Part shown: positions 51,268 through 61,388 of the stretch, in pieces
Position numbering within the stretch: the stretch's first letter is position 1
Layout of the letters: each line of letters starts with the position of its first letter
Origin: an uncultured Flavobacteriales bacterium
GTDB taxonomy: Bacteria; Bacteroidota; Bacteroidia; Flavobacteriales_G; Salibacteraceae
Length of the DNA stretch: 64,000 nt
Assembly (NCBI GenBank): GCA_963974475.1
Contig: CAXBCR010000014.1
Coordinates: forward strand, 3,176 to 67,175
Direction of reading: 5' to 3'
Translations under genes and position numbers: made by a program
Notes under the pieces: model-generated
The model's database searches: none
Told to the model about the DNA's origin: nothing
The model's input: the letters and a program-made list of their open reading frames with translations, nothing else

Positions 51268-53301
51268 CTAATTATCTGATTCAGTAGCATCACCTTCTTC
51301 AGGTGTTGCTGGAGCAGCAACGTAATCATCACGTATTACACGGAATGTGGTACGTCTGTTCTTTTGGTGTGCCGCTTCTTTTTCTTCCTTGGTAGGCAAA
51401 GAATTAATCACATCTTCTGCTATAACCGGCATTGTTTCTCCATACCCCTTGGCAATCATACGCCCTGCTGGAATACCTTTAGACTCTAAATAATCCACAC
51501 AACTTTGTGCACGTTTTTGAGATAATATTTGATTGTTTTTATCTGTACCCCTCGCATCTGTATGCGACATCAGTTCAACCACTAATGTTGGATTATCAAT
51601 AAGTGTTTGATACAAGAAATCTAATGAATCTTTAGAGTTTACACTATCATTAACCTGCAATTCCCATTTAGCTAAATCATAACGTACTTCTGGAAATCTA
51701 ATCTCATTTTTCTTAATCGATTGCATTTTCACATCATGCACAATCTTGGTTGATTCGGTACGACCCAAAGTAGTTTCTTGACCGCTACCATTCAAATAAC
51801 TCTTTTTAGAAAATTCTAAAGTATAAGAAGTTTCATCTTTAATGTAACGTTCGGTACCTCCTGGAATTTGGTCAAACTCATAATAACCAAGTTCATCTGT
51901 TTTAGATTCTACCGTAGATCCATCAGTCCCAATTAATTTAATAGAAACATCCGAAATCGGAGTTCCATCATCCACATCGGAAATCGTACCAGCAAGGATA
52001 AATTTCAATGGTGGTACTCTAAAAGACCAGATATCATCCATTCCTCTACCACCTGGACGGTCAGAAGACAAATAACCTCTATTGGCTAACCCATCAAAAA
52101 TAATAGCGAAATCATTATAAGATGTATTGATAGGTGATTTCATGTTCTGTACATTATTCCACACATCAGTTACTCCCACACGGTCGGCACTAAAAATATC
52201 TAAACTACCCATTCCTGGATGCCCGTTAGAGGCGAAAAACAATCTACCATCTTCATGAATAAAAGGATACATTTCATCTCCGGAAGTATTTACATCTCCA
52301 CCACAGTTGATGGCTTCACCCCAAGATTTTCCTTTTTTATCATATTTAACGTACCAAATATCTTTACCACCAAAGCCACCTGGCATATCAGACGCAAAGA
52401 ACAAATATTGATCCTTTAAACCAATACTTGGATGACCTACTACAGAAGTATCACTTTTACTTAAAGGAATCAATTCCGGTTCACCCCAAGCAGAGCCCAC
52501 TTTTTTAGTAACGTAAATAGAACAACCCAAACGAGATTTCTTTTTGGTTAAACAGCGTGTAAAATACACCGTTTTAAATTTAGAATCTGCACTTGCACTT
52601 CCTTCGTTTGCTGTACCATTATTTATAACACCTTCATCAATTAAAGTAGGTGTCATCCATTTACGACTCTTTTTGTCTTGTTTTGAATACCAAATAGAAG
52701 AATAACTTTGCCCTGTAATTTCATCCACGTTATCGCCTACGCTACCTTCTTTAGTTGAAGTAAACATTATTGACTGATGTCTTTTGTCTGCCCAAGCAGG
52801 TGCAAAATCAGCTTTTTTTGAATTTATTACTGGATCCTTTTCCACCAAATAACGACTTGGGTTATCCAACCATTCTTGTGCTTTCTTACATTCAGAAATA
52901 TACTGGTCGGCTCTTGCATCCGAAGGATTCAATTCCTTATATTTTTTAAACTCCACAATCGCCTGATCATATAAGCCTGTTCTACGCATCGTTTCCGCAT
53001 AATAAAACTGAGCTTCTGGGTCTTTGTAACCCGATTTAATAGCCTTGCTTAACCAACCTTTTGCATTATCAAAATCCTCCATTTTAAAATAGGAATATCC
53101 AATTCTATACAAAATAAGCTTCTTACCAGCGTTTGATTTCTCTTTTGAATAGGCTGCTTTGTATAATACTACCGCTTCATAATAAGAGTGAGATTTGAAT
53201 TTCGCATCAGCTTCTTTTGTTGCGCTTTTTTGGGCTAATAAACTGGAACCCAAAAACATAAACATTAACACGAATGGTAATCGAAGTACAAAAAATTTCA
53301 T
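51268..53301 (-). CDS. OmpA-family protein with N-terminal TPR repeats and TolB-like beta-propeller repeats
   Basis: 677 aa with a signal peptide. It has TPR-like helices and repeated DxxPxxxxDG(K/R)xLYF(A/T)S-type segments. The C-terminal OmpA domain is HTDARGTDKNNQILSQKRAQSCVDYL. Confidence 0.85.
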   Translation of the reverse strand: MKFFVLRLPFVLMFMFLGSSLLAQKSATKEADAKFKSHSYYEAVVLYKAAYSKEKSNAGKKLILYRIGYSYFKMEDFDNAKGWLSKAIKSGYKDPEAQFYYAETMRRTGLYDQAIVEFKKYKELNPSDARADQYISECKKAQEWLDNPSRYLVEKDPVINSKKADFAPAWADKRHQSIMFTSTKEGSVGDNVDEITGQSYSSIWYSKQDKKSRKWMTPTLIDEGVINNGTANEGSASADSKFKTVYFTRCLTKKKSRLGCSIYVTKKVGSAWGEPELIPLSKSDTSVVGHPSIGLKDQYLFFASDMPGGFGGKDIWYVKYDKKGKSWGEAINCGGDVNTSGDEMYPFIHEDGRLFFASNGHPGMGSLDIFSADRVGVTDVWNNVQNMKSPINTSYNDFAIIFDGLANRGYLSSDRPGGRGMDDIWSFRVPPLKFILAGTISDVDDGTPISDVSIKLIGTDGSTVESKTDELGYYEFDQIPGGTERYIKDETSYTLEFSKKSYLNGSGQETTLGRTESTKIVHDVKMQSIKKNEIRFPEVRYDLAKWELQVNDSVNSKDSLDFLYQTLIDNPTLVVELMSHTDARGTDKNNQILSQKRAQSCVDYLESKGIPAGRMIAKGYGETMPVIAEDVINSLPTKEEKEAAHQKNRRTTFRVIRDDYVAAPATPEEGDATESDN

Positions 53302-53393
53302 ATATTCTTCTTTTAATTTTTGAAATAAACCCTATTTCGTTCGAGATTTATAAGGCCTCCAAAGTAAGTAAATATTTTAAATCTGAAAAACAA

Positions 53394-53428
53394 TAAAAAG
53401 CCTCTTTTTGGAGTAAAAGAGGCTTTTC
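53394..53428 (-). terminator. Rho-independent terminator after glnN
   Basis: 12-13-bp stem AAAAGCCTCTTT / AAAGAGGCTTTT with a 7-nt loop. The context is U-rich on the minus-strand RNA. Confidence 0.75.
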
Positions 53429-53436
53429 AATTTTGC

Positions 53437-55629
53437 TTACTTTGTAAACAATAATTCTCTGTATTTTGGCAATGGCCAATACTTATTATCTACGACCAGT
53501 TCTAACTTATCAACGTCATACCTAATCTTGTTAAAATAAGGAATAACATTGTTACAATATGCGGTTGCTTGCTCTTTTAAAGTTGCCAAACTGTTTGCTG
53601 ATTTTCTAGCGGCAGTCATTTCCGTAATGTTTTTACTCAATCCTTGAATACGAGCAGAAACATCTTTAATCATTTCTAGTTGCTGACTTGCATAAGTTTC
53701 AAAGCTATCTCCAAAAATCGCTTTCATTCCATTTACATTTTCAACCAACATTTTTTGATATTCTATCGCTGTAGGTAAAATATGGTTAAGTCCCATATCT
53801 GCCATTACTCTCGATTCAATTTGAATGGTCAATTTATATTTTTCCAATTCAATTTCATGGCGTGCCTCTAATTCGATTTCTGACAATACATTCTGATCAG
53901 CAAATAATTTTTTAGCTTTATCCGAAACCAAGAAATCTAATGCTTCAGGAGTAGTCTTTTTGTTACTCAACCCTCTTTTCTCGGCAATTTTCACCCATTC
54001 GTCACCATATCCATTTCCATCAAAAATGATGTTCTTAGATTCGATAATATATTTTCTTAATACCTCGATAATTGCATCGTCTTTCTTTTTACCGCCATTA
54101 ATCAGACCGTCCACTTCCACTTTAAACTTTTGCAATTGAGATGCCATTGCGGTGTTTAAAACTGTCATTGGATTAGCACAGTTGGCCGTTGATCCAACCG
54201 CTCTAAATTCAAATTTATTTCCTGTAAATGCGAATGGAGAGGTTCTATTTCTATCTGTATTATCTAATAAGAGTTCAGGGATTTTACCTATATTCAATTT
54301 CAATTCCGTTTTTTCATCCGAAGACAAGTCTTGTCTTGAAACCTTATCCTCTACTTCCTTCAAGATTTTACTCAATTGTGAACCCAAGAAAATTGAAATA
54401 ATTGCAGGAGGAGCTTCATTTGCACCTAACCTATGATCATTTCCAGCTCCTGCAATAGATGCTCTTAATAAATCATCATGTTCTGCTACAGCCCGGATAG
54501 TGTTAATCAAAAACGTCAAGAAACGTAAGTTCGTTTTTGGCGTGTTTCCAGGGTTCAACAAATTGCGATGTTTCGGAGAGTTGGTACTTAACGACCAGTT
54601 ATTATGTTTTCCCGATCCATTAATTCCAGCAAATGGTTTTTCGTGTAACAATACTTTGAAATCATGACGTTCACCCACACGTTCCATCACATCCATTAAA
54701 AGTGAATTGTGATCTACCGCTAAGTTACATTCTTCAAATAAAGGAGCGCATTCAAATTGATTAGGCGCAACCTCATTGTGTCGCGTCATTACAGGAATCC
54801 CTAATCGATGAACTTCTTGTTCGAAATCTCTAATAAAAGCGTTAGCTCTTGACGGAATTGCACCAAAATAGTGATCATCTAATTGTTGTCCTTTGGAAGA
54901 AGAATGCCCAAACAAAGTTCTACCGGTAAGTAAAATATCTGGTCGAGCGGCAGCTAACGCAGAATCAATCAAGAAGTATTCTTGTTCCCAACCTAAGGTG
55001 GTGGTTACTTTCGTTATGTTTTTATCAAAATACTGACACACATCTGTAGCCGCTTTATCCACCACATGTAATGCGCGTAGCAAAGGAGTTTTGTAATCCA
55101 ATGCTTCACCCGTATAAGCAATAAATACGGTAGGAATACATAAAGTCTCACCCATAATAAAGGCTGGAGAAGTAGGATCCCAAGCGGTATAGCCCCGTGC
55201 TTCAAATGTATTTCTAATTCCTCCATTTGGAAAAGAAGAAGCATCAGGTTCCTGTTGAATCAACTGAGCACCATCAAAGGTTTCAAATGACGTTCCATCG
55301 CCTGCTGGGGTATTAAAAGAATCATGCTTTTCTGCTGTTCTACCTGTTAGCGGTTGAAACCAGTGTGTGTAATGAGTAGCCCCTTTCGACATTGCCCAAG
55401 ACTTCATTCCTGATGCTACTAGATCAGCCACTTTTCTATCCAAAGATGAACCAAAATTAATTGCGTTATTTACACTTTTGTATGCACCTTCCGAAAGGAA
55501 TTGGCGCATCGCCTTTTGATTAAATGAATTTTCACCATAATAATCCGAAATTCTGTGAGAACTTGTTTCCACTTCTTTTGGTGGACGATTCATAGATAAT
55601 TCGAGTGCTTTTAGTCTTAACGATGCCAT
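53437..55629 (-). CDS. glnN: Glutamine synthetase type III
   Basis: 730 aa from ATG 55629 (MASLRLKALEL). The size and motifs (NGSGKHNNWS, GANEAPPAIIS) are typical of GS III. The 12-codon extension in the ORF track is unlikely. Confidence 0.92.
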   Translation of the reverse strand: MASLRLKALELSMNRPPKEVETSSHRISDYYGENSFNQKAMRQFLSEGAYKSVNNAINFGSSLDRKVADLVASGMKSWAMSKGATHYTHWFQPLTGRTAEKHDSFNTPAGDGTSFETFDGAQLIQQEPDASSFPNGGIRNTFEARGYTAWDPTSPAFIMGETLCIPTVFIAYTGEALDYKTPLLRALHVVDKAATDVCQYFDKNITKVTTTLGWEQEYFLIDSALAAARPDILLTGRTLFGHSSSKGQQLDDHYFGAIPSRANAFIRDFEQEVHRLGIPVMTRHNEVAPNQFECAPLFEECNLAVDHNSLLMDVMERVGERHDFKVLLHEKPFAGINGSGKHNNWSLSTNSPKHRNLLNPGNTPKTNLRFLTFLINTIRAVAEHDDLLRASIAGAGNDHRLGANEAPPAIISIFLGSQLSKILKEVEDKVSRQDLSSDEKTELKLNIGKIPELLLDNTDRNRTSPFAFTGNKFEFRAVGSTANCANPMTVLNTAMASQLQKFKVEVDGLINGGKKKDDAIIEVLRKYIIESKNIIFDGNGYGDEWVKIAEKRGLSNKKTTPEALDFLVSDKAKKLFADQNVLSEIELEARHEIELEKYKLTIQIESRVMADMGLNHILPTAIEYQKMLVENVNGMKAIFGDSFETYASQQLEMIKDVSARIQGLSKNITEMTAARKSANSLATLKEQATAYCNNVIPYFNKIRYDVDKLELVVDNKYWPLPKYRELLFTK

Positions 55630-55654
55630 AAAATTGAATTTTATATATTTTTCA

Positions 55655-55662
55655 CAAATATA
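55655..55662 (-). promoter_or_regulatory. Candidate -7 box TATATTTG upstream of glnN
   Basis: CAAATATA on the plus strand, 25 nt upstream of the ATG at 55629. Confidence 0.45.
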
Positions 55663-55675
55663 CATTCAAAATTAA

Positions 55676-55735
55676 GGGGGTCATTTAAAAAAAACATGAT
55701 TTTTATCAACATGGAATGAAAAATAACGGGGGTCA
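55676..55735. repeat. Direct repeat of GGGGGTCA (TGACCCCC on the glnN strand), two copies 52 nt apart
   Basis: The copies are at 55676-55683 and 55728-55735, each in the shared context AAAAT(T/A)A(A/AC)GGGGGTCA. These are the only GC-rich islands in an otherwise AT-rich 125-nt intergenic region. Confidence 0.6.
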
Positions 55736-55754
55736 GCCAAAATTTTTACACTTT

Positions 55755-56753
55755 TTACTGAACAACGGTAAAATACACATAAATACAATAACTCGAAAAC
55801 AGAATAAACCCTTCTATCTTAGAAATTCGTTTACGAGTAATCATCATTGGAAGTGCTAGAATCGCAATTCCTATCACCCACCACATATCATTATGCAGAA
55901 CAACATCAGCAACAGGGATGGATTTAAAAAGGCTGGTAATTCCTAAAATACCTAATATATTAAAGATATTAGACCCGATTAAGTTCCCAACCGATAAATC
56001 TGAATGACGTTTAAACGCAGCTACAACGGAAGTCATTAGTTCAGGTAACGAAGTTCCAAAGGCCACAATTGTAACACTAATAACATAATCACTAATTCCG
56101 AGAAACGAAGCCAAACCAACCGTTCCATCTACTAAAAGATGCGCACCGTAGCTTAAACCAATAGAACCTACAATAATAAAGATGACATCTTTCACAACGG
56201 TAGATTCACCTACCTCATCCACAATGTTTGATTCCGCTTTTTCGGCTTTAATTGTTTTACGTGATTTCCAGATTAAAAACCCATTAAAGCCAAACAGGAC
56301 AGCTAACATCACGACCCCATTCATCCAGTTTAAACCAGTTACATAATTAGCATCATCTTGCGCTCCAAGATTGTCCCAATATTCTGGATCTATATTCATC
56401 CACATAAAACCAAACACCAATAAAGTGCTCAGCATTAAAACAGGCCAATCTATTTTATACGAGTTTTTACTTACTTCTATTGGGAAAATCAAAGCAGTTA
56501 TTCCCAAAACCAATGCGATATTTGCAATATTAGACCCAACCACGTTACCCATGGCAATTCCGGGATGCTCAGCAAACATAGCTTCTAAGCTAACTAATAA
56601 TTCGGGCGCAGAAGTACCAAATGAAACAATGGTCATTCCAACCACCAATGTAGAAATATTAAACCGGAGCGCAATACTTACTGCGCCTCGCACTAATAGT
56701 TCTCCACCAGCAACCAATGCTAAAATTCCGGCAAGAATTAATAATATATCCAC
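55755..56753 (-). CDS. Calcium/sodium (cation) antiporter, CaCA / YrbG family
   Basis: 332 aa, polytopic, with a GTG start. The two alpha-repeat motifs are GTSAPELLVS and GTSLPELMTS. Confidence 0.9.
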   Translation of the reverse strand: MDILLILAGILALVAGGELLVRGAVSIALRFNISTLVVGMTIVSFGTSAPELLVSLEAMFAEHPGIAMGNVVGSNIANIALVLGITALIFPIEVSKNSYKIDWPVLMLSTLLVFGFMWMNIDPEYWDNLGAQDDANYVTGLNWMNGVVMLAVLFGFNGFLIWKSRKTIKAEKAESNIVDEVGESTVVKDVIFIIVGSIGLSYGAHLLVDGTVGLASFLGISDYVISVTIVAFGTSLPELMTSVVAAFKRHSDLSVGNLIGSNIFNILGILGITSLFKSIPVADVVLHNDMWWVIGIAILALPMMITRKRISKIEGFILFSSYCIYVYFTVVQ

Positions 56754-56755
56754 AA

Positions 56756-57121
56756 TTAAAGAGGGTTAGATGTTTTAGACGAAGAATCCGCATTCATGGC
56801 CGACTTGCTCATCTCATCCACGGATTCTGTTATTTCATCAATTACGGATTTCATTTTTTTATTCGCCTGGTTTTTTACCGAATTCACAAGGTCCGCCTGT
56901 TTTTTTACTGATTTAACATTATCATCAATATCCATTTTCACCTCATCTACAGAGGATTGAATATCTCGTTTCACGCCATCCGTTGCATCTTTTACATATC
57001 TAATTCCTTTACCCAAACTACGAGCAAACTCCGGAATTTTATCCGCGCCAAACAAAAGAAGCACCACCACAAAAATGGCAAACAACTCTCCAAAACCTAA
57101 ATTAAAAAATGCGAAAATCAT
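56756..57121 (-). CDS. tatA: Twin-arginine translocase TatA/TatE family subunit with long C-terminal tail
   Basis: 121 aa. The N-terminus FGELFAIFVVVLLLFGADKIPEFARSLGKGIRYVK gives the TatA TM plus amphipathic helix. It ends 2 nt before the antiporter start. Confidence 0.85.
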   Translation of the reverse strand: MIFAFFNLGFGELFAIFVVVLLLFGADKIPEFARSLGKGIRYVKDATDGVKRDIQSSVDEVKMDIDDNVKSVKKQADLVNSVKNQANKKMKSVIDEITESVDEMSKSAMNADSSSKTSNPL

Positions 57122-57151
57122 TTTATAGACCGTATTGAAAGTTCAAATATA

Positions 57152-57188
57152 CAAAAAGCCCTTTTAGGTATGACCTAAAAGGGCTTTC
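57152..57188 (-). terminator. Rho-independent terminator after secDF
   Basis: Perfect 14-bp stem AAAGCCCTTTTAGG (57155-57168) paired with CCTAAAAGGGCTTT (57174-57187). A U run follows on the minus-strand RNA. Confidence 0.85.
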
Positions 57189-57208
57189 AATTCTTTTATT
57201 ATTAAAGC

Positions 57209-60200
57209 CTAGTGCTTCACATCTTGTTTACTCAAATCGTAAGTAACTGGAGTTGCAATAAACAATGATGAATATGTTCCAACAACCACACCTACCATCA
57301 TCGCAAATATGAATCCTCTAATCATTTCACCACCAAGAACGAAGATAATTAGCAACACAAAGAAGGTAGATAAAGACGTATTAATAGTACGACTAATAGT
57401 ACTATTTAACGCACTATTGATAACTTCTTTGGCTTCCTTTTTTGGATGTAATCCAAGATACTCTCTCAATCTATCAAATACCACTACGGTATCATTAATA
57501 GAATAACCCACTACCGTAAGGATAGCTGCAATAAACGCTTGGTCAATTTCTAATGAGAATGGTAACACACCATAGAATAAAGAGAAAATAGCTAATACGA
57601 TTAACACATCATGCGCTAATGCTGCAATTGCTCCGGCTGAATATTGCCACTTTGAGAAACGAGCAAAAATGTAAACGAAAATCACAATCAAAGAGAAGAT
57701 TACCGCAATAAATGCTGCTTCTTTAATATCATCAGCAATAGTTGCTTCCACTTTAGAAGAGGTTAATTCTCCTACAAATTGTGCTGGCGTTACTTTATCG
57801 GTATAGAAACCTATTAACCCATCATAAAGTTTACCCTCAATAACATCATCCACATCATTCTCCGTGTTTTCAATCATGTATTTGGTAGTAATTTTCACCT
57901 GATTGGACGCGCCAAAAGTTTTCACCTCAGGTACATTTTTAAGACCATCTTCATTTACAAACTGTTCGGATAATGCAGAAGAAATTTCAGCCACATCAAC
58001 AGGTGCATCAAAACGAACAATGTAAGAACGACCTCCAGTAAAATCAACTCCGTAGTTTAACCCTCGAGTCAATAGTGAAGCAGCCCCCAACAAAATAACT
58101 CCTAAAGATAGCGCGTAAAACATTTTACGTTTACCCAAGAAATCAATATTCATGTTTTGAAATGCATTTTCTGTTAACTTGGTAGAAAACTTAATTTCTT
58201 TACCTGCACCCATAGCCCATTCGAAAATCAATCGGGTAATAAAGATTGCAGAGAATAAAGAAGTAATAATACCTATTATTAAGGTAGTAGCGAATCCTTG
58301 AATTGGCCCTGTACCGAAAACGAATAGAATAATACCCGTTAACATAGTCGTAATATTTGAATCTAGAATAGAACTATAAGCTGCATTATACCCATCAGCA
58401 ATAGCTTGCTTAAATCCTTTTCCGGTTCTCATTTCTTCACGAATACGCTCGTAAATCAAAACGTTAGCATCTACCGACATACCTATGGTCAACACGATAC
58501 CAGCAATACCTGGAAGTGTTAAAGTAGCTCTTAATGAAGCTAAGAAACCAAGAATAAAGAACAAGTTGGCAGCCAAAGCAATATCAGCAACAACACCCGC
58601 AGTAGAATAATAAAAAATCATGTAAATCAAAATGATTACTAATGCAATCATAAATGATGACCAACCTGAATCAATGGCTTCTTGACCTAATGAAGGACCA
58701 ACAATGGCTTCTTCAATAATGTGTAGAGGAGCTGGTAACTTACCTGCTTTTAACACACCTGCCAAATCACCTGCTTCTTGTTGGGTAAAACGGCCAGTAA
58801 TTTCAGTACGTCCACCAGGAATCTCACCTTGGACGGTTGGTGCAGAATAAACTAAACCATCTAAAACAACAGCTACAGATTGTTTATTTCCGTTTCCATC
58901 TCCTTTAGATAAACGAGCAGTCATTTTCTTCCAAATGTTAGCTCCAGTAGAATTCATGTTCATGTTTACCGTAGCATTTCCAAGCGGGTCAGCACCCACT
59001 CTAGCATCTGTAACCACATCACCTTCTAATTCTGCTTTTCCACCTTTAGGTACTTTGATTGCATATAAGTAATACAAATCTTCTGTTCCTTCCATTTCTT
59101 TTGCTTCCCAAAGGAATCTAGTTCTTGGTGGAAATAAAGATTTGATATCTTTTCTATGTAAGTAAGAATTCACAATAGAAGTATCACCTGCTCTTGCGTA
59201 ACCTACTCTTGCTCCGGGTAGCGGGGCTCCTTCTTGCGAAAGATTTGGGTATAGATGAAAGAACAATGGATTGGCCGCTTCTTTTTGAGCATCCGTCATT
59301 GAAGCGTAATCTAATGAATCTGTTGATTCATTTTCCGCTTCTGTCATTAAATCTTCCATTGATTTTTCTGCGGTATCTGAAGCTATTGATGAAGAATCAT
59401 CCATAGCTGATTCCAAATCAGCAGCAATATCACTTGCAGACTCTTGACTTGCTTCAGCAGTTTCTGCTCCTTCTTCCTCAGTACTTTCAAAAGTGGCTTT
59501 CAGGATTGTGTTTGCACGATCTAAACCTCCAATGATTTGAGAATTATCGTAACATTCCCAGAATTCCAATTTAGCCGTTCCTTGTAAGAAATCTCTAATT
59601 CTTCTTTTATCTTTAACACCAGGAAGCTCTACAATGATACGACCAGAACCAGAAAGACGTTGAATTTTTGGTTGAACAACACCTAAGTTATCCACCCTTT
59701 TTCTAAGCACTTGTTCAGTTCTAACGATTGCATCTTCCGATTCAGCCTTTACAACACTAATGATGTGCTCATTAGTTGCATCCGGTTGAATTTTGTCTTT
59801 GTTTTCCAAGTTATGAAAAACAGCAGCCAACTGAAAATCAGGAGCCACTTCAGCTTGAGCTTCAGCAAACAAGTCCACAAAGTTCTCAGAACTGTTACGT
59901 TGTTTTTGAATCGCGCTGTTCAAAATTTTCACGAATGTTGGGTTCGTGCGGTTACCGCCTGCCATTTCTCTTACCAAGTCTGGTTCAGAAACCTCAAGGG
60001 TAACATGCATTCCACCTTGAAGGTCTAGCCCCAAGTTGATTTCACGTTTCTTTACAAAAGAATACGTGTGATCCAATAGCGGATACACATTTACAGGACC
60101 TTGATTTAACAAGTATTCTGTTTCAAAACTTTGACTCGCTGAATCCTTCTCATAAATGGAAAGCTCCACAATTTCTGATAAAGAGTCTGCTTTTTGAGCG

Positions 60201-60316
60201 GCTACTACAGCAGCTTCACTTTCTACACCACTTGCCACCCAAGTGAACGACAGTTGGTATAAACTTGCGAGGACCAGCAATATGGCGAATCCCCAAATAA
60301 ACGATTTATTTTGCAT
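57209..60316 (-). CDS. secDF: Fused protein translocase subunit SecDF
   Basis: 1035 aa with SecD and SecF halves, each with 6 TM helices and periplasmic domains. Conserved segments are LPGIAGIVLTIGMSVDANVLIYERIRE and VGYSINDTVVVFDRLRE. Confidence 0.96.
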   Translation of the reverse strand: MQNKSFIWGFAILLVLASLYQLSFTWVASGVESEAAVVAAQKADSLSEIVELSIYEKDSASQSFETEYLLNQGPVNVYPLLDHTYSFVKKREINLGLDLQGGMHVTLEVSEPDLVREMAGGNRTNPTFVKILNSAIQKQRNSSENFVDLFAEAQAEVAPDFQLAAVFHNLENKDKIQPDATNEHIISVVKAESEDAIVRTEQVLRKRVDNLGVVQPKIQRLSGSGRIIVELPGVKDKRRIRDFLQGTAKLEFWECYDNSQIIGGLDRANTILKATFESTEEEGAETAEASQESASDIAADLESAMDDSSSIASDTAEKSMEDLMTEAENESTDSLDYASMTDAQKEAANPLFFHLYPNLSQEGAPLPGARVGYARAGDTSIVNSYLHRKDIKSLFPPRTRFLWEAKEMEGTEDLYYLYAIKVPKGGKAELEGDVVTDARVGADPLGNATVNMNMNSTGANIWKKMTARLSKGDGNGNKQSVAVVLDGLVYSAPTVQGEIPGGRTEITGRFTQQEAGDLAGVLKAGKLPAPLHIIEEAIVGPSLGQEAIDSGWSSFMIALVIILIYMIFYYSTAGVVADIALAANLFFILGFLASLRATLTLPGIAGIVLTIGMSVDANVLIYERIREEMRTGKGFKQAIADGYNAAYSSILDSNITTMLTGIILFVFGTGPIQGFATTLIIGIITSLFSAIFITRLIFEWAMGAGKEIKFSTKLTENAFQNMNIDFLGKRKMFYALSLGVILLGAASLLTRGLNYGVDFTGGRSYIVRFDAPVDVAEISSALSEQFVNEDGLKNVPEVKTFGASNQVKITTKYMIENTENDVDDVIEGKLYDGLIGFYTDKVTPAQFVGELTSSKVEATIADDIKEAAFIAVIFSLIVIFVYIFARFSKWQYSAGAIAALAHDVLIVLAIFSLFYGVLPFSLEIDQAFIAAILTVVGYSINDTVVVFDRLREYLGLHPKKEAKEVINSALNSTISRTINTSLSTFFVLLIIFVLGGEMIRGFIFAMMVGVVVGTYSSLFIATPVTYDLSKQDVKH

Positions 60317-60367
60317 CTATATTTAGCTTATTTTCAGGGCATAATAACCCCATAAAAATTAGGAGCG

Positions 60368-60375
60368 CAAATATA
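60368..60375 (-). promoter_or_regulatory. Candidate -7 box TATATTTG upstream of secDF
   Basis: CAAATATA on the plus strand, 51 nt upstream of the ATG at 60316. Confidence 0.4.
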
Positions 60376-60471
60376 GAATTTCCATTGAATTTACCCAATG
60401 TAAATCAGGGAATCTCAAATATTTTTAATACGAATAAAATTTAAATTTCATCATCAATGTATAATTCATCG

Positions 60472-60479
60472 TAATTTTG
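60472..60479 (+). promoter_or_regulatory. Candidate -7 box TAATTTTG only 4 nt upstream of the DCC-family gene ATG
   Basis: Exact TAnnTTTG match. The final G is at 60479 and the ATG at 60484, which implies a leaderless mRNA if the box is used. Confidence 0.35.
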
Positions 60480-60483
60480 AAAA

Positions 60484-60891
60484 ATGGAAGTACCAATTTC
60501 TCAAAAAATCATTCTATTCGATGGTGTTTGTGGATTATGCAATATGTGGGTAGATTGGGTGATAAAAAAGGATACCCATCGGGTGTTCAAGTACTCTCCA
60601 ATTCAAGGTCAATTTGCCAAACAACTCCAACTCGAGTCCTCATTGATAAACCACCCTCAATCCATCATTTACCTTAACAAAGACAAAACACTAGTCAAGT
60701 CGAAAGCCGCATTGCATATAGCAAAAGAGCTTCCATTTCCATGGAAGCTCCTATTTATTTTTTCTATTATCCCTGTGTTTTTGCGAGACCCGATTTATGA
60801 CTATATTGCCAAAAACAGGTATGCATGGTTTGGGAAATCTGAGTCATGCAGAATCCCCACCTCACAAGAAAAAAATCTATTTATCCCTTAG
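60484..60891 (+). CDS. Thiol-disulfide oxidoreductase DCC family protein (DUF393)
   Basis: 135 aa with the N-terminal FDGVCGLCN (CxxC) motif characteristic of DCC proteins. Confidence 0.85.
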   Translation: MEVPISQKIILFDGVCGLCNMWVDWVIKKDTHRVFKYSPIQGQFAKQLQLESSLINHPQSIIYLNKDKTLVKSKAALHIAKELPFPWKLLFIFSIIPVFLRDPIYDYIAKNRYAWFGKSESCRIPTSQEKNLFIP

Positions 60892-61331
60892 TCTTCCGAC
60901 TCGGTAATTTCTTCTTTTTCTGGAGCTTCCTCCACAGAGTTAGCCCATTCCAAATCAATCAGACCTTTCTCCATCAACAAATTAGCCCATTGATAAATTT
61001 TCTTCAAATCGGAAGAATAAACGCGATCTTCATCATATTCTGGAAAAACTTCCGAAAACTCTGATTTCAATTCAGCTCCACTCCATTTTTTATACGGAAT
61101 GGCCTTCCCTTCAAATTTTATAAGAATGGCTTTTAAAATTTCGGACAATGGTTTTTCTCCATCCTCGCCATAAATACTAATATCAGAAAGTGCGCTAATT
61201 CTATTGTGTGCATGCGCAGGTGATTTCTTACCGTCAAGTAAAGACTCTACAATAACACCATTTTTCATCGAACCCTTTAATCTAAAAAGCCCCCCCTTTC
61301 CTGAAATGGATAAAATATCTTGTAATCCCAT
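60888..61331 (-). CDS. DUF5606-like conserved protein
   Basis: 147 aa. The N-terminus ILSISGKGGLFRLKGSMKNGVIVESLLDGKK resembles DUF5606 proteins of Bacteroidota as I remember them. It has an acidic C-terminal tail. Confidence 0.55.
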   Translation of the reverse strand: MGLQDILSISGKGGLFRLKGSMKNGVIVESLLDGKKSPAHAHNRISALSDISIYGEDGEKPLSEILKAILIKFEGKAIPYKKWSGAELKSEFSEVFPEYDEDRVYSSDLKKIYQWANLLMEKGLIDLEWANSVEEAPEKEEITESED

Positions 61332-61388
61332 TATTCTCTTTTGAATTTGTGTGCAATATTATTATTCAATCTTGATAACACAAACGGT

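Noticed and set aside
59279-59488. 70-aa acidic Ser/Glu/Asp-rich insert in the SecD periplasmic domain (residues 277-346)
   Set aside because: It is a low-complexity linker in a region that I recall being variable among Bacteroidota SecDF proteins. There is no sign of a mobile or intein-like insertion, and the frame is intact.
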